A stretch of DNA of 41,387 nucleotides from a virus: positions 1 to 41,387 of IMG/VR virus record IMGVR_UViG_3300028840_003126, one strand, 5' to 3'. Shown piece by piece: positions 10,061-18,614 of the stretch (positions within the stretch are counted from its first letter, which is position 1; every line of letters begins with the position of its first letter). Under the pieces are notes generated by a model, which saw only the letters and a program-made list of their open reading frames with translations, had not been told where the DNA came from and did not search any database. A program made the position numbers and the translations under genes.

Positions 10061-10792
10061 TTACGGAAAATAAACCAGTAAATCACCGGCATTGTCAATT
10101 TCAATATTTATGTCAAAACCAAATGATGTGAAATCACCGATGCCGGACCCGAAAGCAAATTCACCGGTCCTTTTGCACTTGGCTGCATAAATGACAGCAT
10201 CACCCTTGGTGCCACCGAATTTTTCCCTGGTCCGGATGGATGCATATAATTCAAATGAATCCGGAAGATCTGTGGGATCAATGGTTAAGGTTTCACCATC
10301 AGCAGCATCCAGGTAAAAATATGACACCTTCATGATGGTGCCATCTGAAAATGTTCCTGTATTCAGTGTGATGGTGGTGCCGGATATCTGATATTCATCA
10401 GCAGCAGCCGGTGCCCCACTTACTTGCAGCAATGGGATTTTATTTGATCCGGATTCCACCACACGCATTGTATTTGTGATGGGTGTTTGTGATGTGGTGA
10501 CTGCATTGGTGGCCACGGTTAATGATTCTTCCCGGATCCTTTTGACTGTCCCGGTTGCACTGGCACCACCGGTCAGGGTGGCCATCAATGATGCATTAAA
10601 TCCCAAAAATCCTAATCTTCCGGTGATGGGTTGTCCGGTGATTTCCACAATATTTCCACCGGAATCACCCTTCCGGCCAGTGATCGTTTCCAGGCCAAAC
10701 TGCAGGGCCAGTTCCTGAATTTCAAAAGCTTCCTTGCCACCGATAAAGGCAACACCTTCACCCCACATTATTTGATTTAAATTTTCGGCCAT
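10061..10792 (-). CDS. Major tail (tube) protein candidate (243 aa)
   Basis: ORF track. Size, Gly/Thr-rich beta-type composition and position directly upstream of the chaperone gene fit. No sheath-sized gene is present nearby. Confidence 0.6.
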   Translation of the reverse strand: MAENLNQIMWGEGVAFIGGKEAFEIQELALQFGLETITGRKGDSGGNIVEITGQPITGRLGFLGFNASLMATLTGGASATGTVKRIREESLTVATNAVTTSQTPITNTMRVVESGSNKIPLLQVSGAPAAADEYQISGTTITLNTGTFSDGTIMKVSYFYLDAADGETLTIDPTDLPDSFELYASIRTREKFGGTKGDAVIYAAKCKRTGEFAFGSGIGDFTSFGFDINIEIDNAGDLLVYFP

Positions 10793-10822
10793 GACTTATT
10801 CCCCCTTTTAAAATATTATTAT

Positions 10823-11038
10823 TTAATTTTTTTTATCATATATGATCACCAGTGACCGGTGATTTACATCCTGCTCTGCCTGCCTTATGATTTCAGGCCA
10901 GACCGGTTTTATTTCATCACCGGCAAAATAGACTTTTGATTGTTTTGTCTTTGGATTATATGCTCTAAATTTTGTGGCCCGGACCCGGATGGCCTTGATC
11001 TTCTTCTTTGGTTTTTCTTTTATTTCATCTTCCATCAA
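10823..11038 (-). CDS. Hypothetical protein (71 aa)
   Basis: ORF track. Overlaps the upstream gene by 4 nt. Confidence 0.55.
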   Translation of the reverse strand: MMEDEIKEKPKKKIKAIRVRATKFRAYNPKTKQSKVYFAGDEIKPVWPEIIRQAEQDVNHRSLVIIYDKKN

Positions 11039-11523
11039 TTATCCCCTTTGCTGATTATGGTGAATCTAATTTCTCCGATGACAAATAAATCACTAAAATC
11101 ATCACTTTCCTGTTCTTCAATCCCACCATGGATGATGTCTGCAGACATGTCCTGGATATCATCTGCCTGGCCCTGCAGACACAGATTTCCCTTGTTTGGT
11201 CTTTGGGCCTTTAATAATTCCCATATCTTCCAGATAATGGATTTGGTCACCTGGTCCATGTCAGATAAATCACCACCCTTGTTCACAGTCTGGATCATCA
11301 TCTGGGTTTCATCCTGATTGTCACTGGTTTCTGCCACATTGAATGACATAACACCAATGGCCGGAATTTCATGGCCATAATATGTTCTGATATCTTCCCG
11401 GAATTTGATGTGGATATTGTTTGCCTGGACCAGATCCGGCACCAGGTCATTTTCATCATATCCACCTTCACCCTTCAATAAATTGGTGATTTCTGTTTCC
11501 CAGGTGTTTAATGCATCATCCAT
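11035..11523 (-). CDS. Head-tail joining / tail completion candidate (162 aa)
   Basis: ORF track. Called from position only. Confidence 0.5.
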   Translation of the reverse strand: MDDALNTWETEITNLLKGEGGYDENDLVPDLVQANNIHIKFREDIRTYYGHEIPAIGVMSFNVAETSDNQDETQMMIQTVNKGGDLSDMDQVTKSIIWKIWELLKAQRPNKGNLCLQGQADDIQDMSADIIHGGIEEQESDDFSDLFVIGEIRFTIISKGDN

Positions 11524-12007
11524 ATATATATTTCCTGGCCATTGCTTCTGCTATCCTGTAATCCTTCGGATATTCAAAAAACTGGAATGGCCTTAATTGA
11601 TTTTGATATCCTGTATATTGGACACTACTGTCCATGATCAATTTTTTCTTTGATGACCTTCTGACATCTAAAAGGCCAGATTGCATTCTTCCGGTATCTC
11701 TCATCAGATTTGATCTTCTGGTCACTCTTTTTCCGGATGGCCTTAATCTTCCCTGGACTCCCCTTGTCCCTTCTGCTGGGACCACGGTGCCATCTGCCCT
11801 GGCATATTGTGGTGCAAACCAGGACCAGGTGACACCACGGTCTCTGCCACCACTTTTCAATCTTATAAACATACCAGTTAAAACACTGGTCATATATGTG
11901 TAGAAATTAATAAAAAATGGCCTCAAATTGGACATTCTTTTCTGATGGTCCTTTAAATATATTTTGGCTTCTTCACCATGGAATTCAATGCTGAATTTTT
12001 CCATCAA
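11516..12007 (-). CDS. Virion morphogenesis protein, Mu G-like (Phage_tail_S type)
   Basis: RPFFINF...GGRDRGVTWSWFAPQYARADGTVVPAEG...RVTRRSNLMRDTGRMQSGL resembles the Mu G family. This is recognition by eye. Confidence 0.6.
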   Translation of the reverse strand: MMEKFSIEFHGEEAKIYLKDHQKRMSNLRPFFINFYTYMTSVLTGMFIRLKSGGRDRGVTWSWFAPQYARADGTVVPAEGTRGVQGRLRPSGKRVTRRSNLMRDTGRMQSGLLDVRRSSKKKLIMDSSVQYTGYQNQLRPFQFFEYPKDYRIAEAMARKYIYG

Positions 12008-12303
12008 TCTTTCACCTTAAAATTTAGATCCTTTTCATAAACATTGGAATCACTGGTGGTGACCTGAAATGATATTTTATAGGATTCATCATCTGTCCCG
12101 GCCCGGACCTTGGCCATATATTGTGATCCTGAAACAGATTCAGATCCTGGCACAATCATGGCACTGGTCACATCATTGCCATCAGAATCTTCCACCAGGA
12201 CAGTGCTGCTGCCCAGGATCAATGTTTCCCCTGTGTCCAGGACTTTTTCAAAATCCACAGATACCGGGAATATTTCTGCTGATTTCTTTGTAAAATCTGC
12301 CAT
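12004..12303 (-). CDS. Small beta-rich protein (99 aa) sharing the C-terminal LNFKVK motif with the repeat protein
   Basis: ORF track. It ends ...EKDLNFKVKD, while the upstream gene ends ...KNLNFKVKN. Fourteen nucleotides (accttaaaatttag) are identical at both gene ends. Confidence 0.6.
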   Translation of the reverse strand: MADFTKKSAEIFPVSVDFEKVLDTGETLILGSSTVLVEDSDGNDVTSAMIVPGSESVSGSQYMAKVRAGTDDESYKISFQVTTSDSNVYEKDLNFKVKD

Positions 12304-14249
12304 TAATTTTTGACCTTAAAATTTAGGTTTTTAAAATATTCATGCAATTTGTTTACGTCTTTTTCATGTTCCTTGCTTTTTGTATAATAAAAATAATATC
12401 TGATTTCACCAAATGTGATCACCAATGGCTGTGGCACATCACCGATGGCTGCAGCTGCCTGTGGTGTGAAGATTATATCACCATATATGAATGTGGGATC
12501 TGACTTGGATCCAATGGCACTGGCCGGATCCGGTGTGATAAAAAATTGACCGGCAAAAACTTTCGGATCTGCTTTGGATCCAATGGCACTGGCCGGATCC
12601 GGTGTGATCGATAATGACCCATATATCACCACAGGATCTGTTTTATTGCCCAGGGCATTGATGGCATCTGGTGAAATAATTAGGCTGCCCAGGACCACAG
12701 TGGGATCTGACTTGGATCCAATGGCACTGGCCGGATCCGGTGTGAAGTTTATATCACCATATATAAATGTAGGATCCACCTTGGATCCAATGGCATTGAT
12801 GGCTGCCGGTGTCAAGGTCAGTGTGCCATATATAACTGTCGGATCTACTTTTCCACCCAGGGCATTAATCGGATCCGGTGTGACCAGTTCCACATTTGCT
12901 GGAATTGTGGGATCCACTTTTCTGCCCAGGGCATTGATGGCTGATGGTGTGATCGTCTGGCTGCCCAGGACCACAGTGGGATCCACTTTGGTTCCGATGG
13001 CATTAATCGCACCTGGTGTGATAATTAAACCACCACCCAGGACAAAGGGATCCACTTTTCTGCCCAGGGCATTGATGGCTGCCGGTGTGATGGCCAGGCT
13101 GCCCAGGACCACTGTGGGATCCACTTTTCTGCCCAGGGCATTAATCGCACCTGGTGTGATGGCCAGGCTGCCCAGGACCACTGTGGGATCCGCTTTTCTG
13201 CCCAGGGCATTGATGGCTGCCGGTGTGATCGTCTGGCTGCCCAGGACCACTGTGGGATCCACTTTGGATCCAATGCCACTGGCCGGATCCGGTGTGATGG
13301 GTGGCTGGCCAATGGCCACGGTGGGATCCACTTTTCTGCCCAGGGCATTGATGGCTGCCGGTGTCAAGGTCAATGTGCCATATACAACTGTCGGATCTAC
13401 TTTGCCACCCAGGGCATTGATGGCTGCCGGTGTGATGGCCAGGCTGCCATATATGACTGTTGGATCCACTTTGGTTCCGATGGCATTAATCGCACCTGGT
13501 GTGATGGCCAGGCTGCCCAGGACCACTGTGGGATCCACTTTGGATCCTATGGCATTGATGGCTGCCGGTGTGATCGTCTGGCTGCCCAGGACCACTGTGG
13601 GATCCACTTTGGTTCCTATGGCATTGATGGCTGATGGTGTCAAATTCAAACTTCCTTTCACAACTGTTGGATCCACTTTGGATCCTATGCCACTGATGGC
13701 ACCTGGTGTGATGATCAGGGCTGTGGCTGCAGTCAATACCTGTGGATGTGTTTCAGTTCCCAGATTTATTTCTGCATATCCGGTGCCATCTCCACTGTTT
13801 AACACCCGGAAATAATATGTGGTGCCACCAGTCACATTGGCAGTGGGCACAATGGCAAAATCAAATTCATAATCACTGCCGGCTAACATGTCAAATGTCG
13901 TTTGACCATCTGATTCCCTGTATGGCCCTTTTCCGGTGGTGTCTGACAATTTATTTGTGGTGACTGTATTATCTTCTGTGGCCTGGCCATTGGCATAATC
14001 AAAATGATTTGCTGATCCCAAAACGGTCCATGATGATTCATCTGTTGAATATTCAATACGCCAATATCCATTGTTTTGTCCACTCTCACCAGTGGATTCA
14101 TATATCCTGACCCTCAATCTAAAAATATCAGAATTGTTGGCCAGTGTCGGTTTCACATTTTCTGCTGCCAGGGCAGTGGATGGTTCTGCTGCATCATCAT
14201 CCATCATCCGCCAATTGCCCTGATTTGGTGTGAAGGCAGCATGGCCCAT
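12303..14249 (-). CDS. Repeat-containing fibre/decoration-like protein (648 aa): ~179-aa N-terminal domain, 19 x 23-aa repeats, short C-terminal tail
   Basis: ORF track. I/L/V/F-T/S-P recurs at residues 180, 203, 226 ... 594 with no indel. Confidence 0.85.
   Translation of the reverse strand: MGHAAFTPNQGNWRMMDDDAAEPSTALAAENVKPTLANNSDIFRLRVRIYESTGESGQNNGYWRIEYSTDESSWTVLGSANHFDYANGQATEDNTVTTNKLSDTTGKGPYRESDGQTTFDMLAGSDYEFDFAIVPTANVTGGTTYYFRVLNSGDGTGYAEINLGTETHPQVLTAATALIITPGAISGIGSKVDPTVVKGSLNLTPSAINAIGTKVDPTVVLGSQTITPAAINAIGSKVDPTVVLGSLAITPGAINAIGTKVDPTVIYGSLAITPAAINALGGKVDPTVVYGTLTLTPAAINALGRKVDPTVAIGQPPITPDPASGIGSKVDPTVVLGSQTITPAAINALGRKADPTVVLGSLAITPGAINALGRKVDPTVVLGSLAITPAAINALGRKVDPFVLGGGLIITPGAINAIGTKVDPTVVLGSQTITPSAINALGRKVDPTIPANVELVTPDPINALGGKVDPTVIYGTLTLTPAAINAIGSKVDPTFIYGDINFTPDPASAIGSKSDPTVVLGSLIISPDAINALGNKTDPVVIYGSLSITPDPASAIGSKADPKVFAGQFFITPDPASAIGSKSDPTFIYGDIIFTPQAAAAIGDVPQPLVITFGEIRYYFYYTKSKEHEKDVNKLHEYFKNLNFKVKN
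12402..13712 (-). repeat. 19 tandem 69-bp coding repeats (consensus ITPAAINAIGxKVDPTVVLGSLx)
   Basis: Exact 23-codon periodicity. Many units share identical runs of more than 30 bp (for example gccaggctgcccaggaccactgtgggatccacttt). Confidence 0.9.
14001..14040. repeat. 40-bp exact repeat, copy 1 (inside the fibre gene, encodes ESSWTVLGSANHF)
   Basis: aaaatgatttgctgatcccaaaacggtccatgatgattca is identical at 26672..26711. Confidence 0.9.
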
Positions 14250-14570
14250 TTATTTTATCCTTTTCCAAATATAACTGCATTTATCATGCAGTTTTTCATG
14301 TGGATCCCTGGGATAGATTGCACACCAATATGGCCTGGACCACATGATATTGCATTTTCCCTGCTGTATTCCATTTTCTGTTTCCCTGGTATATTTTTTG
14401 CAAGATCCATCCGGGTTTCTTAATTCAGGCACCGGCATTTTTGTCTGTTCGCAACACTGGCCACACCGGTTGCATTCACCGGTCAATTCCCAAACTTCAC
14501 CATTTTCCAGGATTGCTTTCCTGACAGCTGTCCTTGGTTCAATGATTGAAATTTCAATTTTTGTCGGCAA
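14250..14570 (-). CDS. CxxCxxCC-motif protein (YkgJ / UPF0153-like putative Zn- or Fe-chelating domain), 106 aa
   Basis: Contains GECNRCGQCCEQ plus further Cys residues (C..C..W.C). Its stop abuts the start of the repeat protein gene. Confidence 0.7.
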   Translation of the reverse strand: MPTKIEISIIEPRTAVRKAILENGEVWELTGECNRCGQCCEQTKMPVPELRNPDGSCKKYTRETENGIQQGKCNIMWSRPYWCAIYPRDPHEKLHDKCSYIWKRIK

Positions 14571-14985
14571 AGCTCATTTTCCAGACTGCAGCCTTCACCC
14601 TTTTATATTCAGCTGTCGCATTATATGCTTTGCCGGTCACTTTATATTTTCTGGCATCCCAAACTTTTTCCGGTTCTGTCGTTATTCTCAGCAGCATGGT
14701 TTCCTGGTCACCGGCATATCTTTTGACAATATCATATTTCAGAAATTTTGTCATCACTTGCCTGGCACATTCCACTTGTTCAAATGTGGGATCTTTTTCC
14801 GGGAATCCCAGGATTTTTAAAAACATAGGATAAATGACTTCACCACTGACCACAATTTTTTCACCGGCCAGTTCCTTCCCTGCTTCTGAATCCCACTGTG
14901 AAAATTCTTCAATTCCTGCCCAGGATGGCAATTGCTGCTTGACCAGTGGATTGACCTTGCTGATCATTTCCCTTGGAACCTTCAT
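14554..14985 (-). CDS. Hypothetical protein (143 aa), first gene after the 260-bp intergenic gap
   Basis: ORF track. SD-like aaaaggggaaaaaat precedes the ATG. Confidence 0.65.
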   Translation of the reverse strand: MKVPREMISKVNPLVKQQLPSWAGIEEFSQWDSEAGKELAGEKIVVSGEVIYPMFLKILGFPEKDPTFEQVECARQVMTKFLKYDIVKRYAGDQETMLLRITTEPEKVWDARKYKVTGKAYNATAEYKRVKAAVWKMSFADKN

Positions 14986-15130
14986 ATTTTTTCCCCTTTT
15001 TTATGGTTTTTGGCATACTATTTGTACAATCATAAAAATCATCATATGGCACATTATTTGCTTGCCTGTTTTTTGGCCTTTTTTCCGGTCATACAATTTC
15101 CATGCCAATTTTTAAAAGTTTATTAGACTC

Positions 15131-15181
15131 AAAATATGGGCGAAATAGGCCCATTTCCAGAAATCAATGGTTTTATATGCC
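15131..15181 (-). promoter_or_regulatory. Partial third copy of the AATGGTTT..ATATG box followed by a GGGC/GCCC hairpin
   Basis: The minus strand reads gcatataaaaccattgatttctggaaatGGGCctatttcGCCCatatttt. The box resembles those at 30768-30790 and 38408-38429. Confidence 0.35.
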
Positions 15182-15245
15182 TAAAATAGCCCAAAATTAA
15201 TAAAACTTTTTTTAAGCCATTTCCAGGCAATTTTCAAAACTTTTT

Positions 15246-15704
15246 TTATGTTTCTGAAATTCTGATTTCACAATCCTGCAGTGTCAGATCCTGGCCATCA
15301 GAAACAGATCTGTCAGATGTCAGATCAAAATAAAAATATATTTCCCTGTTGGCCTGGGTTGCATTATCATCACAGATGATTGCATACCTGGCACCATTTC
15401 CACTGGCCGGGATAGGACCACCGGATGCAGACCAGGTGATGTCCTTCAACTGGACCAGTGCCCAGTCACTTGCATCCACTTCTGTCCAGGTGTCCCAATC
15501 TGTGGAATTAAATGACAGTGATGTCCCACCGGCCACATATCCATTCCCGGCTGCAATTTCTGTCATTTCTGTTTCTGTGTTTGTGTCCGGGCCTGGTGCA
15601 GCTGCAGATGTGACCAGTTCAATATAAAAATTGGTCGGTTTTGTTTCACCTCGGAAATATTGTCCCAGGACCTGATATTTTCCTTTGTTTGTCCAGCCTG
15701 CCAT
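15246..15704 (-). CDS. Hypothetical structural-module protein (152 aa)
   Basis: ORF track. SD-like aagggggattaataATG. Confidence 0.65.
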   Translation of the reverse strand: MAGWTNKGKYQVLGQYFRGETKPTNFYIELVTSAAAPGPDTNTETEMTEIAAGNGYVAGGTSLSFNSTDWDTWTEVDASDWALVQLKDITWSASGGPIPASGNGARYAIICDDNATQANREIYFYFDLTSDRSVSDGQDLTLQDCEIRISET

Positions 15705-15724
15705 TATTAATCCCCCTTATTTTA

Positions 15725-16207
15725 TTAAATATATGGTTCAAAATTATCATCATTAAAAATGGGTTCATCTGACTGGCCATCATCCGGATACATGTGCTGA
15801 TCTTCTGTGTGATCCACTTGATTGATTTTCAAATTTGTCCCATTCAATGATATTACTATTCTACCTTCCCGGATGGATTCCAGGTAATTTTCCGCTTTTA
15901 TTCGCAGTTTGGTTTCCAGATCCTTACCAGACAGTTTATTATTTTCCTTTAATTTTGAATATCCCAAGGATGCTGCAATCAGCCTGGTGCAATATTCAAT
16001 CATTTCCGGTGTGGCCGGATCTGATGATATATTTGGAAATTTCTGGGCATTGGATTCATATGAAAATGAATATCCTGGCCCTGTTAAACTTTCAACTTGT
16101 CCGGATGCTGCACTGATAAAATCAGCCATATAATTTGTGACAAAATTGGTCGGCAAATTATTTGGAAGTTCATCCTGGACATTTTCTGATGTCGTGTATG
16201 TCGGCAT
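15725..16207 (-). CDS. Head-tail connector-like protein (track ORF extends to 16240; ATG 16207 preferred)
   Basis: AAAGGA lies 6 nt upstream of the ATG at 16207; there is no SD before 16240. Function is assigned by position after the capsid genes only. Confidence 0.55.
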   Translation of the reverse strand: MPTYTTSENVQDELPNNLPTNFVTNYMADFISAASGQVESLTGPGYSFSYESNAQKFPNISSDPATPEMIEYCTRLIAASLGYSKLKENNKLSGKDLETKLRIKAENYLESIREGRIVISLNGTNLKINQVDHTEDQHMYPDDGQSDEPIFNDDNFEPYI

Positions 16208-16288
16208 ATCTAATCCTTTAAAAAATGCCAGGCTGCCCATAACAAGTCAGACCTGGCATCGGTTTCCCCTGACCTTCATTCCACTGAT

Positions 16289-16684
16289 TTATTTCCGGAT
16301 GAAATCCTTTTCCAAAAGTTTGCTAATTTCTTTCTTTGACAATTTAGAAAGCTTGTTCCTGGATCCGGCTGGCAAAATTTTATTTTCATATTTCACAGCA
16401 ATCATCAATTCATATCCATGTTTATCAAACAGCTCTTTTCTTAGTTCCTGTTCTGCCTTTTCAGATTCTGACAATTCCTTCTGCTGTGCCTTTTCTGTGG
16501 CATCTGATAATTCATCCAGTGACATATCCCCAATGGATTTAATCTGGGCATCTTTGATGATTTCATCTGCTTTTTTCTTGGCATCTTCAATTATTTTTGC
16601 AGCTTCATCATGTGCATCTTTGATGATTTCATCTGCATCCGGCTGGGCAGCCTGGCCCTTTGTATCCTGCTTTTGTTCGGCCAT
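16289..16684 (-). CDS. Acidic coiled-coil protein (131 aa)
   Basis: ORF track. Contains internal repeats DEIIKDA / DEAAKIIEDA / ADEIIKDA. Confidence 0.6.
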   Translation of the reverse strand: MAEQKQDTKGQAAQPDADEIIKDAHDEAAKIIEDAKKKADEIIKDAQIKSIGDMSLDELSDATEKAQQKELSESEKAEQELRKELFDKHGYELMIAVKYENKILPAGSRNKLSKLSKKEISKLLEKDFIRK

Positions 16685-16741
16685 GATTTGTCCCTTTTAA
16701 AATTTAAAATTTTAGTTTTTTATTACATCAGATCTGATTGT

Positions 16742-17116
16742 CTAATCTGATGCATTATATCCACTGTTCACAATTAAATATGAATATTTATCTGTATTTG
16801 CTGTTTCAGATCCGGATGATGTGACAAAGACTGTGTCACCTGATGTGGCCACATCATATCTTAATGTTCCGGTTGCTGTTTTGGGTGTTAAATAGACAGT
16901 GCATGTGGTGTCCACCCCACTTACCACTAAAGTGTCTAAAGTTCCGGTTGTGGCCCATAGTCTTTCACCGGCAAATTGTGCATCACTGCCATATAAAAAA
17001 CCCTTCACCTGTGGATTCCACAGCCTGTTCATCTGTCCTGTGAATAACATGGTCATGATCAGTATTAAGCCAATGACCAGGAATGCTGTAAAAAATCCTG
17101 ATTTGAATGTTTTCAT
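16742..17116 (-). CDS. N-terminally membrane-anchored or secreted protein (124 aa)
   Basis: Hydrophobic N-terminus FFTAFLVIGLILIMTMLF. SD-like taaaagggacaatcATG. Confidence 0.6.
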   Translation of the reverse strand: MKTFKSGFFTAFLVIGLILIMTMLFTGQMNRLWNPQVKGFLYGSDAQFAGERLWATTGTLDTLVVSGVDTTCTVYLTPKTATGTLRYDVATSGDTVFVTSSGSETANTDKYSYLIVNSGYNASD

Positions 17117-17193
17117 GATTGTCCCTTTTAAAATAGATTTATATCCAATTAATTAAATAGACCGGACCTGATCTGTGGCCCGGTCATATTAAT

Positions 17194-18153
17194 TTAGGCC
17201 ACGGTGTCTAAAATCAAATACCCATAGGATGTGGATACATTTTTCACCTGGTATTTCCGGGTTGTTTCGTAAGATCTGACCTTCTTTTCATCATAGGTCC
17301 TGACTTCCGGATATCCCATTTCTTCAATGATCACCGTGTGTGGTGTGGTTCCTTCCACCGCTTCTTCACCCATCACATTGCCATTGTTGTCTGTTGGCAC
17401 ATAAATCAAAGCCACAGAATCATTCCACAGATCTGTGAAAACACCGGCATCTGTTGAATAGACCTTTTTCCCCACAATAATCCGGTCAACACCCAAAAGC
17501 TGTGCTGCCAGATCTTCTGTGACAATGCCCTTCTGTGAATATTTAAGATTTTCCAGCAATGCCGGGTGGAATCTCAGCTTTTCCCAGGCAGTGTATCCGA
17601 TCACCATGGTGTTCGGTTCAATTCCCATGTCTGCCCTGGCTGCAATTCTTCCGGTGGCCACATCACCGACTGGATCACTGGTGGCATATTCATTCCACTG
17701 GTTTCCACCGGTTAGTGTGGTTTTGTTTCCTGTGGCATAATAAGTGGTGGAAAATACGATATCAGCCACAGCCTTTTCCAGTTCCACTTCCAGGATCCGT
17801 TGTGTGAAATTGATGGATCTTTTTTCCAACTGCAGAACACGGCTGGCACCATATTTGGCTGCCTGGTCCAGTTCCTTATAATCCAGTGATGTTTCAATGG
17901 CATGTTCTGTGCAAAGGAATGTATCATTTGTCAAATGATAATCCGCTTTTTTGGCATTGGCACGCAGGGCACGCTCTGTGTCATAAATATAAAACCCTTC
18001 TTTGCCAAATTTGAAGAAGGTCCCGGATTCCCGGTCTGCTTTTATAACTGGTGCCACCAGCCGGGCAATGCCCTGGACTGGTCTGTATCCCACCGCAAAC
18101 TTTGTAAGGATGGGATCTGTTTCTGCACGTAATTGTGCTAATCTTCCGGCCAT
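17194..18153 (-). CDS. Major capsid protein (319 aa, HK97-fold / Phage_cap_E-like)
   Basis: Size and position after the protease/scaffold and decoration genes fit. The sequence resembles lambda-E-type coat proteins by eye. Confidence 0.75.
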   Translation of the reverse strand: MAGRLAQLRAETDPILTKFAVGYRPVQGIARLVAPVIKADRESGTFFKFGKEGFYIYDTERALRANAKKADYHLTNDTFLCTEHAIETSLDYKELDQAAKYGASRVLQLEKRSINFTQRILEVELEKAVADIVFSTTYYATGNKTTLTGGNQWNEYATSDPVGDVATGRIAARADMGIEPNTMVIGYTAWEKLRFHPALLENLKYSQKGIVTEDLAAQLLGVDRIIVGKKVYSTDAGVFTDLWNDSVALIYVPTDNNGNVMGEEAVEGTTPHTVIIEEMGYPEVRTYDEKKVRSYETTRKYQVKNVSTSYGYLILDTVA

Positions 18154-18209
18154 GATTATTTCCCCTTTTTAAAATTCAATTTTATTTAATTAGAATAAAC
18201 CGGCCAGAT

Positions 18210-18554
18210 TTAAATCAGCCGGACCCGGATGAATTCCCCGGCACCGGATGCCGTATCCAATGCCACACCATTGTTTTTTGGGATGTCATCCACATTGTCA
18301 ATGGTCAGGGCCACGGCTTTTCCATCGGCATCAGCAGACACATGATTCCCGGCTGTGATGGCACCACCTGATTCCACAACTGCAATACCAGACATTTGGA
18401 TTGTCACTGTTTCACCATCAGCAGCATCAAATAATGCAACACCGGCACATTTTGTGTCCACAACTGTTGTGCCCAGGCAATCCACAAAACGGTTTTTGGT
18501 TATAGCTTCCCCGGCCACAATGGTCCCCTTTGGACCTAATTGATAAGATTTCAT
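18210..18554 (-). CDS. Head decoration / DUF2190-like protein (114 aa)
   Basis: Small Gly/Ala/Val-rich beta protein directly upstream of the capsid gene. Called by eye. Confidence 0.55.
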   Translation of the reverse strand: MKSYQLGPKGTIVAGEAITKNRFVDCLGTTVVDTKCAGVALFDAADGETVTIQMSGIAVVESGGAITAGNHVSADADGKAVALTIDNVDDIPKNNGVALDTASGAGEFIRVRLI

Positions 18555-18614
18555 TATTATCCCCTTTTGGAATAAATGACTATTTTAATTATTTAGAATC
18601 AGATCTGCTGGCAA

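Noticed and set aside
12402-13712. The regular 69-bp repeats might be a CRISPR array or a non-coding satellite.
   Set aside because: The units are contiguous with no unique spacers. They stay in one open reading frame for 19 units and translate to a coherent 23-aa motif, so this is a coding tandem repeat.
12574-13815. The 413-aa plus-strand ORF, and other long plus-strand ORFs (6823..7368, 7381..7959, 8104..8754, 16137..16700, 19693..20166, 24767..25540).
   Set aside because: All lie antisense to strong minus-strand genes with recognisable products. They have odd low-complexity or Cys/Phe/Ser-rich compositions and lack SD-like sequences. The 413-aa ORF is simply the mirror of the tandem repeat.
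12303-14249. The repeat protein might be the variable target of a diversity-generating retroelement.
   Set aside because: No reverse-transcriptase-like ORF exists anywhere in this complete genome. Differences between units are not restricted to adenine positions. The only distant duplicate (40 bp at 26672) is identical rather than A-mutated.
15092-15107. A sigma-54-like promoter, TGGCAT-N5-TTGTA, on the minus strand.
   Set aside because: The spacing is right, but the highly conserved C of the -12 GC is a T and position 6 also deviates. No enhancer-binding protein gene is present. It is too weak to call.
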